Translations under genes and position numbers: made by a program
The notes under the pieces: generated by a model
Seen by the model: only the letters and a program-made list of their open reading frames with translations
Databases searched by the model: none
What the model was told of the DNA's origin: nothing
DNA from: a virus
Lineage: Duplodnaviria > Caudoviricetes
DNA: 62,650 nt
IMG/VR virus record: IMGVR_UViG_3300020044_006256
Span: 1-62,650 of that record
Strand: one strand, 5' to 3'
Shown here: in pieces, positions 18,636 to 27,016 of the stretch
Numbering within the stretch: position 1 is the first letter of the stretch
Layout: the number at the start of each line of letters is the position of its first letter

Positions 18636-19046
18636 TTAGTGTTTGTGGATTAATGCTGCTTGGCTTTCTGTAAGCATATAACATTGCTTGTCTATTAATT
18701 CTGTATTGCTAAACTTCTCTGTTGTTTTACAATTTATAGCAACTGGCTCTGGTATATTCAATGTGTCTAAATAATAAAGATAGTTCCCTTTGTTATCAAA
18801 TACATAATAAAACTTTAAGCATTGCTCTTGCATCAATTTAGAGTACTTGTAATGCTCCAAAATCTTTGTTTGGTAATATGAATGCCTTAACTTAAATTCT
18901 ATTACGCAATCGAACCCTTTTGGTGTTTTGCCTTTTGCATCATAATGCTCAAATCCTCCTCCGCACCATTCTAGATTCCAACCCTCTAAATTCATTAAAT
19001 GAATAATACCTTGCTCCCATTTGTGGTGTGATGTTTCATTACTCAT
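18636..19046 (-). CDS. PD-(D/E)XK-like nuclease (putative)
   Basis: HYDAKG...VIEFKLR. Confidence 0.45.
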   Translation of the reverse strand: MSNETSHHKWEQGIIHLMNLEGWNLEWCGGGFEHYDAKGKTPKGFDCVIEFKLRHSYYQTKILEHYKYSKLMQEQCLKFYYVFDNKGNYLYYLDTLNIPEPVAINCKTTEKFSNTELIDKQCYMLTESQAALIHKH

Positions 19047-19237
19047 AAATTTTCAATCTCTTGTTTTACTTCGTTCCAATATTCGTAGTTATATGCTTGT
19101 GCATAGTTTTTAATTTGTAATGAATCAATAATCTCATTAACTGCTATTAAAACACATTGTTTGGCTTCAATAACTCTACCATCATAAATTTGTAAATATT
19201 TATTTACTAACTCTCTTGCTTTTTCTTTTGGTATCAT
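19043..19237 (-). CDS. Hypothetical protein
   Basis: PKEKA.EL, AKQC, YWNEVKQEIE; coupled to neighbours. Confidence 0.6.
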   Translation of the reverse strand: MIPKEKARELVNKYLQIYDGRVIEAKQCVLIAVNEIIDSLQIKNYAQAYNYEYWNEVKQEIENL

Positions 19238-19431
19238 AATTTTAAATATAATTCGTTTAAATCATCTATGTAACTCTGTATTATTTTAGGCGAACATTTG
19301 CAAGGTAGATTAAGTTTATGATTAAAATAGTTTGCGTGAAAATTACATATTTTTAAATACTCATCATTGCTGACTGTGCCTCTTAAATTTTCTCTAAAAA
19401 AAGACCACCATATTTTGTCCTCTTTATTCAT
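19234..19431 (-). CDS. Small Cys-containing protein
   Basis: Resembles the C-terminal half of B 45627..45989. Confidence 0.55.
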   Translation of the reverse strand: MNKEDKIWWSFFRENLRGTVSNDEYLKICNFHANYFNHKLNLPCKCSPKIIQSYIDDLNELYLKL

Positions 19432-19610
19432 TTTCTTTTAATTTTAAATTCAAACTCATTTAAAAACTCTTGCCTCTTATCACAGTTGCAGTTTGGGTAT
19501 ATCTTTTTTACCAGCCATTTAATTCCAGTCTTTCTAAATAACCACTCCAGATTGTCTCCCCATCCTTTTTTAACTTCATTCCTCCATTGTTGATATTCTT
19601 GCTCTATCAT
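19428..19610 (-). CDS. Small CxC protein
   Basis: KTGIK...CNCDKRQEFLN resembles the N-terminal half of B 45627..45989. Confidence 0.55.
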   Translation of the reverse strand: MIEQEYQQWRNEVKKGWGDNLEWLFRKTGIKWLVKKIYPNCNCDKRQEFLNEFEFKIKRK

Positions 19611-19791
19611 ATATAAATCTTTTAAATTGTTTTAGTTCGTTTTTATCTACAAAGAATTTCCTTTGGTTTAGTGCTTTTGCCATTAGCCAGTTTCCATATT
19701 CATAAGCAAAATCATCCGATAAATTTTCTGCTAACTCATCTACCTTTTGTAAGTAATTTTGATGTACGTAATTCTTAAATTTACTTTCCAT
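19576..19791 (-). CDS. Hypothetical protein
   Basis: ORF in operon context. Confidence 0.45.
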   Translation of the reverse strand: MESKFKNYVHQNYLQKVDELAENLSDDFAYEYGNWLMAKALNQRKFFVDKNELKQFKRFIYDRARISTMEE

Positions 19792-19913
19792 TTACTTTCT
19801 CTTTTATGATTGCAGATATTTCATTCCAATGGTTTAAACTTTCTATGTTATCATCCTTTCTGTAGGTAATAATCATATTATTAACGACGCTTTTTATATA
19901 TTCAAAACTATAC

Positions 19914-20480
19914 TTATTCAGTAATAGTATTGCTCTCTCTTGTGCTTCCATTTGTTATTTGTTGTTTTATTCTTTTAACTGTATTTCTTATGCTCCAGTA
20001 CGACAATTTTGTCTCTTCGCTTAAATCTGTAATACTGTACCTTTCAATGAATATCTTTTGATATATGAACTTGATATAGCAGAGACTTGCTTTGTACTCT
20101 GTATGGTCCTCTATTGAGTCTATTTCGTTATTCAAGTCTTTAATCCAATTACTAACTAAATCCTTTTGATAATAATATTTAGACTCCGAGTAATCGCTTG
20201 GCTCTTGGATTAGTATTATATCCTCAATGCTAACTATAATTTTCTTTTTGCTCTTCCTCAAATCATCAAAGTACATATTCTTGAGAGTAACATAAATAAA
20301 GAAATAGTTTACCTCATCGCCATCATACATCAAATCGTAGTTTTTAATCTGACTGTAGTTAAAAATCTTGATGTACATCTCTTGCACATAATCCTCCGAT
20401 ATATCATCTGGACAACCAAATGATTTTACATATTTAATCCAAGTGCTATGCTTCAAAAAAAGTACATCAAGTATTCCCAT
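19914..20480 (-). CDS. ECF-type sigma factor-like late activator
   Basis: SEDYVQEMYIKI region 2-like segment plus C-terminal HTH SITDLSEETKLSYWSIRNTVKR. Confidence 0.75.
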   Translation of the reverse strand: MGILDVLFLKHSTWIKYVKSFGCPDDISEDYVQEMYIKIFNYSQIKNYDLMYDGDEVNYFFIYVTLKNMYFDDLRKSKKKIIVSIEDIILIQEPSDYSESKYYYQKDLVSNWIKDLNNEIDSIEDHTEYKASLCYIKFIYQKIFIERYSITDLSEETKLSYWSIRNTVKRIKQQITNGSTRESNTITE

Positions 20481-20481
20481 T

Positions 20482-21393
20482 TTACAAAAAGTTTAGTTGG
20501 CTCTCTTTTATAGTTCTTAAAATGGATTTTCCATTTATACTAAAACCTACGTTATTTTGTAAAGCTACGATTTCTATCGGATTATCAATACTGCTTGGTC
20601 TTCCTCCAGTTTCAATCTCTTTAATCTTTCGAATGTGAATCATCGTAGTTGTGTAGAGTTGCGGATGCAGAGTCAATCTGTGGATGACTACAAAATCATC
20701 TGCTCTATTTACAAACTTTCCTCCTCCCTCTACATCACTTGCCATTGGTGGTAAAGGATGACCAGCAAATGGATGGTCTGCTCTGTATACCATACGCAAT
20801 GCGTTAGTATTTGCGTGAGTATTTAGCCATAGGCTTACTTTAAATTCTTTGCAGAACATTCTCATCTCTGTACAAGCTTGGTAATCATATTCGTGACCAC
20901 CAAGATTTTTCATCAAATCATTATCCTTTACTAATGCGTTGTACGGATCTAGTAAGATACCATTGAAATTAAATTCTTTCTTTACTCTTTTAAACATTTC
21001 AATAGCAGACCTATAGTCATACATATTTGAATTGTCAACGAATTTAAAATGATTGTTAATGAATTCTGTGTGAGTTTTAAAGTTACTTTCTGAAACCAAA
21101 TTAATTGGTGTCTCATCTAAAAACTCTACCAGTTTGCGGATTAAAGAATAAGAATCATTCTCAGTACTACAGACTAACCATTTAAGATTGTGTTTAAGTG
21201 AATAGCAAAGCATTAAGTAGAGAATGCTGGTAGTTTTACCTACATTTGCGTGTCCAAGTACTATATTAAAATTTGATGTCTTAAATCTTATGTACTCATC
21301 TAATTCGGGTATATCTAGTTTCAATCCCTCTTTTAGTTTACCACTTCTTATTTGTCGTAGTATGTCTAATTGTTTATTGTAATCTATTAGCAT
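20482..21393 (-). CDS. DnaB/RecA-family (SF4) replicative helicase
   Basis: GHANVGKT Walker A, LLDPYN, EGGGKFVNRAD. Confidence 0.8.
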   Translation of the reverse strand: MLIDYNKQLDILRQIRSGKLKEGLKLDIPELDEYIRFKTSNFNIVLGHANVGKTTSILYLMLCYSLKHNLKWLVCSTENDSYSLIRKLVEFLDETPINLVSESNFKTHTEFINNHFKFVDNSNMYDYRSAIEMFKRVKKEFNFNGILLDPYNALVKDNDLMKNLGGHEYDYQACTEMRMFCKEFKVSLWLNTHANTNALRMVYRADHPFAGHPLPPMASDVEGGGKFVNRADDFVVIHRLTLHPQLYTTTMIHIRKIKEIETGGRPSSIDNPIEIVALQNNVGFSINGKSILRTIKESQLNFL

Positions 21394-21455
21394 TTGTTTT
21401 AGTGTTTTAAATTATCGGCAGCAAGTTTAATTTACTGACGATTTATAGTTAATAT

Positions 21456-21809
21456 TTAGAATGGCAATCCATCATCCTCCTCATCTACAAAAGTAGCAAC
21501 ATTTATTGGATGTCTATCTGGCATAAATGATTCAGCAGATTTCTCTTTCTCTCCTTTACTTATGTTCCATCCTTGAATGTTTGCATAGTACTTCCCTTTC
21601 CATTCTGTTCCTCTTAAATTGATTCCTATTTTTACAATGTCTCCTATCTGGTAGTTGTCTAATAGTGCAACTTTATCTTGCGTGAATTCAACTGGAATAG
21701 TCTGAGGATATTGCTCATCTGTTTTGACGACTGCTAGTCTCTTTTTAAATCCTTTTGCTCCGATTGTTTCTGTTTCTCCTATAACAATTATTGTTCCTTG
21801 TACTTCCAT
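21456..21809 (-). CDS. DUF3127 SSB-like protein
   Basis: GFKKR, QYPQ, INLRG.EW.GKYY..IQGW, acidic DDGLPF tail. Confidence 0.8.
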   Translation of the reverse strand: MEVQGTIIVIGETETIGAKGFKKRLAVVKTDEQYPQTIPVEFTQDKVALLDNYQIGDIVKIGINLRGTEWKGKYYANIQGWNISKGEKEKSAESFMPDRHPINVATFVDEEDDGLPF

Positions 21810-21810
21810 C

Positions 21811-22419
21811 TTATTTTGCTTTTAAAAGTTGTTTTCTTACTTCTGTATCTAATCTGTATTTTTTCTCTATTAATTCTATTTCTCCTCCTCCAGCGATATA
21901 ATCTACTGCACCTTTAAATGCTGGTGTATCAAATTCTAGAAATGGTTTATCTAATTCTTTTGGTACTTCTACAACTTTCACTGTTTTATCGTGGTTATTA
22001 GTTGCATCTGCATCGGCAGTATCATCAATCAAAAGCAAGTTACCTAATGCATATTTTTTAGCATAGCTGGATGCACTTCCAAACTGTTGTGGTACTTGCA
22101 TTCCTTTTTGGTTTAAATCTATTCCAACTATTGCTGAACAGTCAATGCTTTTTTCTGTTTCACAATCCCAGATTGTAGCAACCGATGTCATAACTGGTGG
22201 ATTAGCATTTATTAATTGCTCGTTAATAGTGAAGTAAACTCCATATTTTTCATTCATTGGTTTTAATCCCTCCAAAATGTCCTCTGCACTTCTAAAGTTA
22301 TACTTACCGAATGAATTAAATCTGCTCTTTTTAGCTTTGAATTCATACTGGATTCTAGATAATTTTTCTCCAATACTTAATGGAATTTCTAATGCTGGTA
22401 ATTCAATTTTTGTTGCCAT
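21811..22419 (-). CDS. erf: ERF-family ssDNA annealing protein
   Basis: NSFGKYNFRSAEDIL, QQFGSASSYAKKYAL...DDTADAD. Confidence 0.85.
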   Translation of the reverse strand: MATKIELPALEIPLSIGEKLSRIQYEFKAKKSRFNSFGKYNFRSAEDILEGLKPMNEKYGVYFTINEQLINANPPVMTSVATIWDCETEKSIDCSAIVGIDLNQKGMQVPQQFGSASSYAKKYALGNLLLIDDTADADATNNHDKTVKVVEVPKELDKPFLEFDTPAFKGAVDYIAGGGEIELIEKKYRLDTEVRKQLLKAK

Positions 22420-22420
22420 C

Positions 22421-22639
22421 TTAATTTGTTTTTAGTGAGTAGGTATTACTACTATTGTTAAATTGATAAAATCCTTGTCCATAATTATTGCAAACTATCT
22501 CGGCATCGTGGACCTCAATACCCATAGTTAATCTTTCATTCTCATCCATTAATCTTGCATTCTCAATTCTTAATGCTTCAATACTCTGGCTCATATAGTT
22601 TACCAGTTCTTTTGTACTCCAAGTTTCATTGTTTTTCAT
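22421..22639 (-). CDS. Hypothetical coiled-coil protein
   Basis: ORF preceded by ACTAAAACAA leader motif. Confidence 0.55.
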   Translation of the reverse strand: MKNNETWSTKELVNYMSQSIEALRIENARLMDENERLTMGIEVHDAEIVCNNYGQGFYQFNNSSNTYSLKTN

Positions 22640-22655
22640 TTTATATTTGTTTTAG

Positions 22656-22907
22656 TTAGTATTCTGTGTATTCGTGATATTCGTCAAAGATAACTTTATA
22701 TTCCAAATTCCTATGTATCATCTGCCATTTCTGTTTCATTGCTTGTGCTTCATTTTCAGTAAGTAAAACTGTATGTGGGTATCCCTCTTCTAATAGTACC
22801 CATCTGTTTTCCTCCTCTTCGTCTATAAACTCACAATGCTCTTTACAGTCTCCACATATTCCAGTATCTTCCATCCATTCAGATGCTCCGCAGCAGTTAC
22901 TTTCCAT
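22656..22907 (-). CDS. Small zinc-finger-like protein
   Basis: SNCCGA...ICGDCKEHCEF. Confidence 0.6.
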   Translation of the reverse strand: MESNCCGASEWMEDTGICGDCKEHCEFIDEEEENRWVLLEEGYPHTVLLTENEAQAMKQKWQMIHRNLEYKVIFDEYHEYTEY

Positions 22908-23067
22908 ATTTTTTATCTTTAAAGGTTTTTATACTTATCAATGCAGTCTTTTTATCGCTTTTAATAGGCTTAATATGAAAGGAAATGTCTATGTGGGTAA
23001 GTTCTTTATCTTTCTTAATTAGGCTTATCATTTCGCTATAAATAGCGTTCCAGTCTTCAATAGTCAT
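22897..23067 (-). CDS. Hypothetical protein (56 aa)
   Basis: Own translation MTIEDWNAIYSEMISLIKK...; tiles between neighbours. Confidence 0.5.
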   Translation of the reverse strand: MTIEDWNAIYSEMISLIKKDKELTHIDISFHIKPIKSDKKTALISIKTFKDKKYGK

Positions 23068-23224
23068 TTGGCATCTCTTTTATACTTTCTATTCTTTTAA
23101 CTGGTCTAAACTTGTCTAAAAATATACTCAATGCAGTTTGTAAATCATTTGCTATTACTAACTCTTCCACATCGGTGGCACAATCATTATTCTCAATCCA
23201 GTAACTTATTAAATACTTTCTCAT
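23057..23224 (-). CDS. Hypothetical protein (55 aa)
   Basis: Own translation MRKYLISYWIENNDCATDVEE...; tiles between neighbours. Confidence 0.5.
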   Translation of the reverse strand: MRKYLISYWIENNDCATDVEELVIANDLQTALSIFLDKFRPVKRIESIKEMPNDY

Positions 23225-23225
23225 C

Positions 23226-23456
23226 TTAATAGTTTTTTTGCAGTGTTATACATATTTTTTTATACTTGTACTCTAGCATCAAATCATTGTCTGCATATAA
23301 GTAATCAAATTTTTCAAATCCTTTCAAGAGTAAATAGTCTCTTGTATCTTGGGTATAGTCTCCCAATATTCTAATATCGTTATTTGTAATTGATACAGAA
23401 AAAAACAAATCCATATCTAAATTTAATGCTACTAGTAATCCTAATTGTTTGTTCAT
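23226..23456 (-). CDS. Hypothetical early protein
   Basis: ORF preceded by CACTAAAACAA. Confidence 0.55.
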   Translation of the reverse strand: MNKQLGLLVALNLDMDLFFSVSITNNDIRILGDYTQDTRDYLLLKGFEKFDYLYADNDLMLEYKYKKICITLQKNY

Positions 23457-23593
23457 TTTGTTTTAGTGTTTAGTGATTAATAAAAAAATCTAGTTAAAAA
23501 ATATACTGCAATAATTCCTATTGCGTAAACTTGGTACTTTTGTTTTGATAAAAATGTTTTCATTTGATATTTGTTTTAGTTTGTTATCGAGGA

Positions 23594-23636
23594 CAAATAT
23601 ATAAACATTTTGTTAATAAAAAAACATTTTGCTAAT
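23594..23636 (-). promoter_or_regulatory. Bacteroidota sigma70-type early promoter with tandem repeat operator
   Basis: -7 element TATATTTG at 23594-23601; direct repeat AAACATTTTG(T/C)TAAT at 23603 and 23622. Confidence 0.6.
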
Positions 23637-23644
23637 TATTTTTA

Positions 23645-23717
23645 AAAAAAAAATCCCATCCATTTACTGGCGGGACTTTTCTCGTTCACTAAAACAATTA
23701 TTATGATAACAAAATTC
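23645..23717 (-). ncRNA. Candidate anti-translation-start sRNA of phage A
   Basis: -7 element TAGATTTG at 23721-23728; contains UUGUUUUAGUG complementary to early-gene leaders; ends in GTCCCGCCA/TGGATGGGAT hairpin plus T9. Confidence 0.5.
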
Positions 23718-23733
23718 CATCAAATCTAAGTAT

Positions 23734-24285
23734 TTATTTTAACTTAACCAACTCTTTTATTAAAATATCGTATTTTAATTTCTTTGCTATTAACTCATCT
23801 TTTGTAAACTTGTAGTTGCGTGTTTGGTTTGCTTTCTCTTCTATCTGGTCTGCGTATTCAATTCCGTATCTTGTAATCAATCCAGATCTATAATTTAATT
23901 CGTTTCCTCCTAGAAATCTGTTGCACTTTCTGCATTGCTTATGACAGTTTTTTTCGTCAAATATAACTCCGCTATATATCTCTGCTTTCTTATAATGTCC
24001 ACCATCCCAAAGTTCTGTATTTTCTACACCACAAGATATGCAAGGTTGTTTATCGTCACGCATTCTAATGTACTTCTGAAATGATTTCTTTGCCTCTGCT
24101 TCATATTGTCCCAAAGTTTTTAGTTTGTCTCTTAAAATGGCTTTTTCTTGCTTCCACTCTCTTTGGTCCTTTTGTTGTTTTAGATTCTTGGAATGTTCAA
24201 TAGCACATTTATAATTGCATACTGCTTGAGCAAACTGTACTGGAGTAAATTTCTCTTGGCAAACTTTACATTTCTTATCTTTCAT
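23734..24285 (-). CDS. ninG: NinG/Rap-family recombination endonuclease
   Basis: KKCKVC, YIRMRD..PCISCG, WDGGHY, NCHKQCRKCN..L.GN. Confidence 0.85.
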   Translation of the reverse strand: MKDKKCKVCQEKFTPVQFAQAVCNYKCAIEHSKNLKQQKDQREWKQEKAILRDKLKTLGQYEAEAKKSFQKYIRMRDDKQPCISCGVENTELWDGGHYKKAEIYSGVIFDEKNCHKQCRKCNRFLGGNELNYRSGLITRYGIEYADQIEEKANQTRNYKFTKDELIAKKLKYDILIKELVKLK

Positions 24286-24493
24286 AATCTCTCATCATAG
24301 GTGATGGAATTAATTGTATAATATCTTTCATTAACTCTGCATTAAAATAATAAACTGGAATGCCTTTATATATTTCTATTCCATTATCCCAAACTTTAGA
24401 GCAACAAAAAGCATAATTATCTAAACTATACCTAGCACCTTGCTTAAGTAATATTCCGTCTAATATTTCTATAAATTCTTTGTTATCTTTCAT
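24275..24493 (-). CDS. Hypothetical protein
   Basis: ORF overlapping the ninG start. Confidence 0.45.
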   Translation of the reverse strand: MKDNKEFIEILDGILLKQGARYSLDNYAFCCSKVWDNGIEIYKGIPVYYFNAELMKDIIQLIPSPMMRDYER

Positions 24494-24538
24494 TTTATTA
24501 TATTGGCATTTTGTCCCAAATTTTGCCGATAATAGGGA

Positions 24539-25021
24539 CTAAATAATTAATCCTTTATATTTTCTCCATAAGTAGTAGGCTGGAATTATAAGAAGTAACC
24601 ACCAGAGAGATAAAAAACTAAACTGCTCTTTGTCTATTTGTTTTACATCTACTTTAATATCTTTTGCAGTTTCTTGCTTTGTGCTTGTTTTAACTGCTTT
24701 TTGCTCTGTTTTAGCCTCTGTAATAGTTTTATCAAGTATACTGTTGTTTTTAGTATTTCTGTGCTTTAAAACTGCATTTTTAAATACAACCTCTCCAAAC
24801 TTTGAACTCTTGGTAGTATCAACTGGTGTAACTGTAAACTCATTAGTTTGCAAATCGAAAACTATTTTAGTATTTTCATTGGTGCTGGTAGTTGTTTTAC
24901 TGCTATCAACTACTGCAACATCTATTTTTGTTGTCTCTTTTACTTCGGTTGCAGATTTGTTTACTTTCCTAGCACCACAAGATGCCAATGCTAATGCCAG
25001 AATTAAAATTGTTTGTTTCAT
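24539..25021 (-). CDS. Lipoprotein with C-terminal TM helix (unimolecular spanin-like)
   Basis: MKQTILILALALASC lipobox plus C-terminal LWWLLLIIPAYYLW; orthologue of 57479..57997. Confidence 0.65.
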   Translation of the reverse strand: MKQTILILALALASCGARKVNKSATEVKETTKIDVAVVDSSKTTTSTNENTKIVFDLQTNEFTVTPVDTTKSSKFGEVVFKNAVLKHRNTKNNSILDKTITEAKTEQKAVKTSTKQETAKDIKVDVKQIDKEQFSFLSLWWLLLIIPAYYLWRKYKGLII

Positions 25022-25038
25022 TTTAGGTTGTTTATTGG

Positions 25039-25266
25039 TTATAATATTATAGTTATTTTTTGACTTGCACAACTCATTTTGTGTATTCCATTATCTTGAT
25101 GGCAGTATCTGCATTTTCTATTAGATACAAACATATCGCAGTTGTCTGCATCATCCTCTCTATTAAAGTTGTGAAAGTATTGCCACATTCCATTTTCAGC
25201 AGTAAACCTATAGCAATAAACTTTTGATGGACAATGTATATCTTGACATTTAGCTATATCACTCAT
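25039..25266 (-). CDS. Small Cys-rich protein
   Basis: DIAKC...CPSK..CYRFTA; orthologue of 58098..58424. Confidence 0.65.
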   Translation of the reverse strand: MSDIAKCQDIHCPSKVYCYRFTAENGMWQYFHNFNREDDADNCDMFVSNRKCRYCHQDNGIHKMSCASQKITIIL

Positions 25267-25475
25267 TTTATTTTTTCATTTATAAGTATTAATTTTTGAA
25301 CTAAATTGTCATAATCTTCTTTTACCCATTGTTGTATGTTAGTTGATGAATAAAAATATAATTTACAAAAATCTGGCGAATGTTCTCCTCCATCTTCTAT
25401 TGCTCTAATATCATTTAAATCAATTAGTATTTTTTTATTTTCATTTGTTGTAAATTCTATAAATTTCTGTTTCAT
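25263..25475 (-). CDS. Hypothetical protein
   Basis: ORF in operon context. Confidence 0.5.
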   Translation of the reverse strand: MKQKFIEFTTNENKKILIDLNDIRAIEDGGEHSPDFCKLYFYSSTNIQQWVKEDYDNLVQKLILINEKIK

Positions 25476-25739
25476 AATATATTTAGTTATTAATTAATAC
25501 TACTTTGAAGTTATTAGTTGGTGAGTAAACAGAGGAAGCCTAAGGGAATAACTGCGTTAGCGTTAATCCAGATATTAATATTTTTCATTTAATACCTTTA
25601 TCATCTGTTTGATTCTACTTAGTTAGCTACTAGCAGTTTCGTTTACAGTTGCACCATTAGAAACCCATTTTAGTGCTTTAAGAATAAGTTAAATTGTTGT
25701 ATTTCCCCATAAATACTTATCCCGATTTGTTTAGGTAAC

Positions 25740-25826
25740 AAAAAACCCTATCAAGGGATGCAGACTTGGTAGGGTGTAATTTTGTAATTATTCAACACCT
25801 AAATCAATAGGTGCATCCTAATTGAT
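25740..25826 (-). ncRNA. Candidate structured leader/attenuator RNA with loop-loop complementarity
   Basis: -7 TATCTTTG at 25831-25838; hairpin carrying GGATGCA; terminator whose loop carries TGCATCC. Confidence 0.55.
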
Positions 25827-25878
25827 GAGCCAAAGATAAAAATATAATTTAATAAAAAAAACTTTTAAGTAATTATTT

Positions 25879-26715
25879 TTATAACTCCATTGGAATTACT
25901 ATTGGCAATGTTCCATTATTTAAAAGTACACCACATCCGATTGCTGGTTTTTTAAAATTGCGGCCATAGGCCATAGCGTAAGTTTTATTGTTTACTCCGC
26001 AACCTACTTGCATTCCAAATATTCTAAAATTCTTGCCTACTATATACTCTACATATAAATCCGAATGCAGATGTCCTTGTATTTGGCTCTGGAGTTCTTT
26101 TTTCATTTTAGCTCTTGCAGTTCCTCCCTCTCCGTGATTAATATTTACATTATATAAATCTAGGCTTTCAACAAATTCCCAATTCGGGACATTTAATACA
26201 TCTCTGTACTCTTTAATCCATCTTTTAGATACTCCTCCAGAGAATGCCTTGCGATAAACTAGTCTGTCGTGGTTTCCAATTATTACAGTTGCCTTTGGAA
26301 ATGCTTTGTAAAACTTTTGAAGTTCTCTAATTGCCAAATCCAATTCGTCTCCAGCACTCATTCCATCTGGGTCAGATTCGTGGTAACTTGAATAGTGATT
26401 GTCAAGCAAATCTCCGATAAAAATTACAGTACCACATTTAAACTTTTTTTGTTGCTCAAGGCAAAATTCTAAATAAGATTGTAAATTAAATGGACAATGT
26501 AAATCTCCAATTATCAAAATGTTGTTTGGATTTCCAAATTGGTATGGCTCTAAATCTTTTAAATTTTTCTTTCTAACTTTACCAATCTGCTTCCGTAAAT
26601 TTTCTATTTCTGAAAAATCTCCATCGGGTAAAATCTGTTTTGCTATCTCTGTATTGTTAAAATTGAACTGAATTAAATCTAAAATCTGACTGTCTAAATG
26701 TTGGTATTTTAACAT
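25879..26715 (-). CDS. Calcineurin-like metallophosphoesterase with N-terminal HTH-like region
   Basis: GDLH, GDLLD, GNHD, HG, GHLH motifs; -7 TAGATTTG at 26740-26747. Confidence 0.85.
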   Translation of the reverse strand: MLKYQHLDSQILDLIQFNFNNTEIAKQILPDGDFSEIENLRKQIGKVRKKNLKDLEPYQFGNPNNILIIGDLHCPFNLQSYLEFCLEQQKKFKCGTVIFIGDLLDNHYSSYHESDPDGMSAGDELDLAIRELQKFYKAFPKATVIIGNHDRLVYRKAFSGGVSKRWIKEYRDVLNVPNWEFVESLDLYNVNINHGEGGTARAKMKKELQSQIQGHLHSDLYVEYIVGKNFRIFGMQVGCGVNNKTYAMAYGRNFKKPAIGCGVLLNNGTLPIVIPMEL

Positions 26716-27016
26716 AATTTGTTTTTAGTTATTTTTAAGCAAATCTATACTAATAAAAAGCTAAAATCGATTTTAAAGTACTTTTTATGAACAATATATT
26801 AATAAACATATATATACATTACTTTTCTTTTATCTTTAAACTAGAGAAAAATCCCTTATTTTACTAGGGTTTGCAGAGTACCAATTTTCTTACTAATTTT
26901 ATTCTTGAAATAAACTAAATCTAAAATCAATTTAAGGCACATTTAAGCAATTATAATAGTATAAACATACAAATATAGTTAGAACGTATTTTAGTGCCTT
27001 AAATCGACTGTAAATG

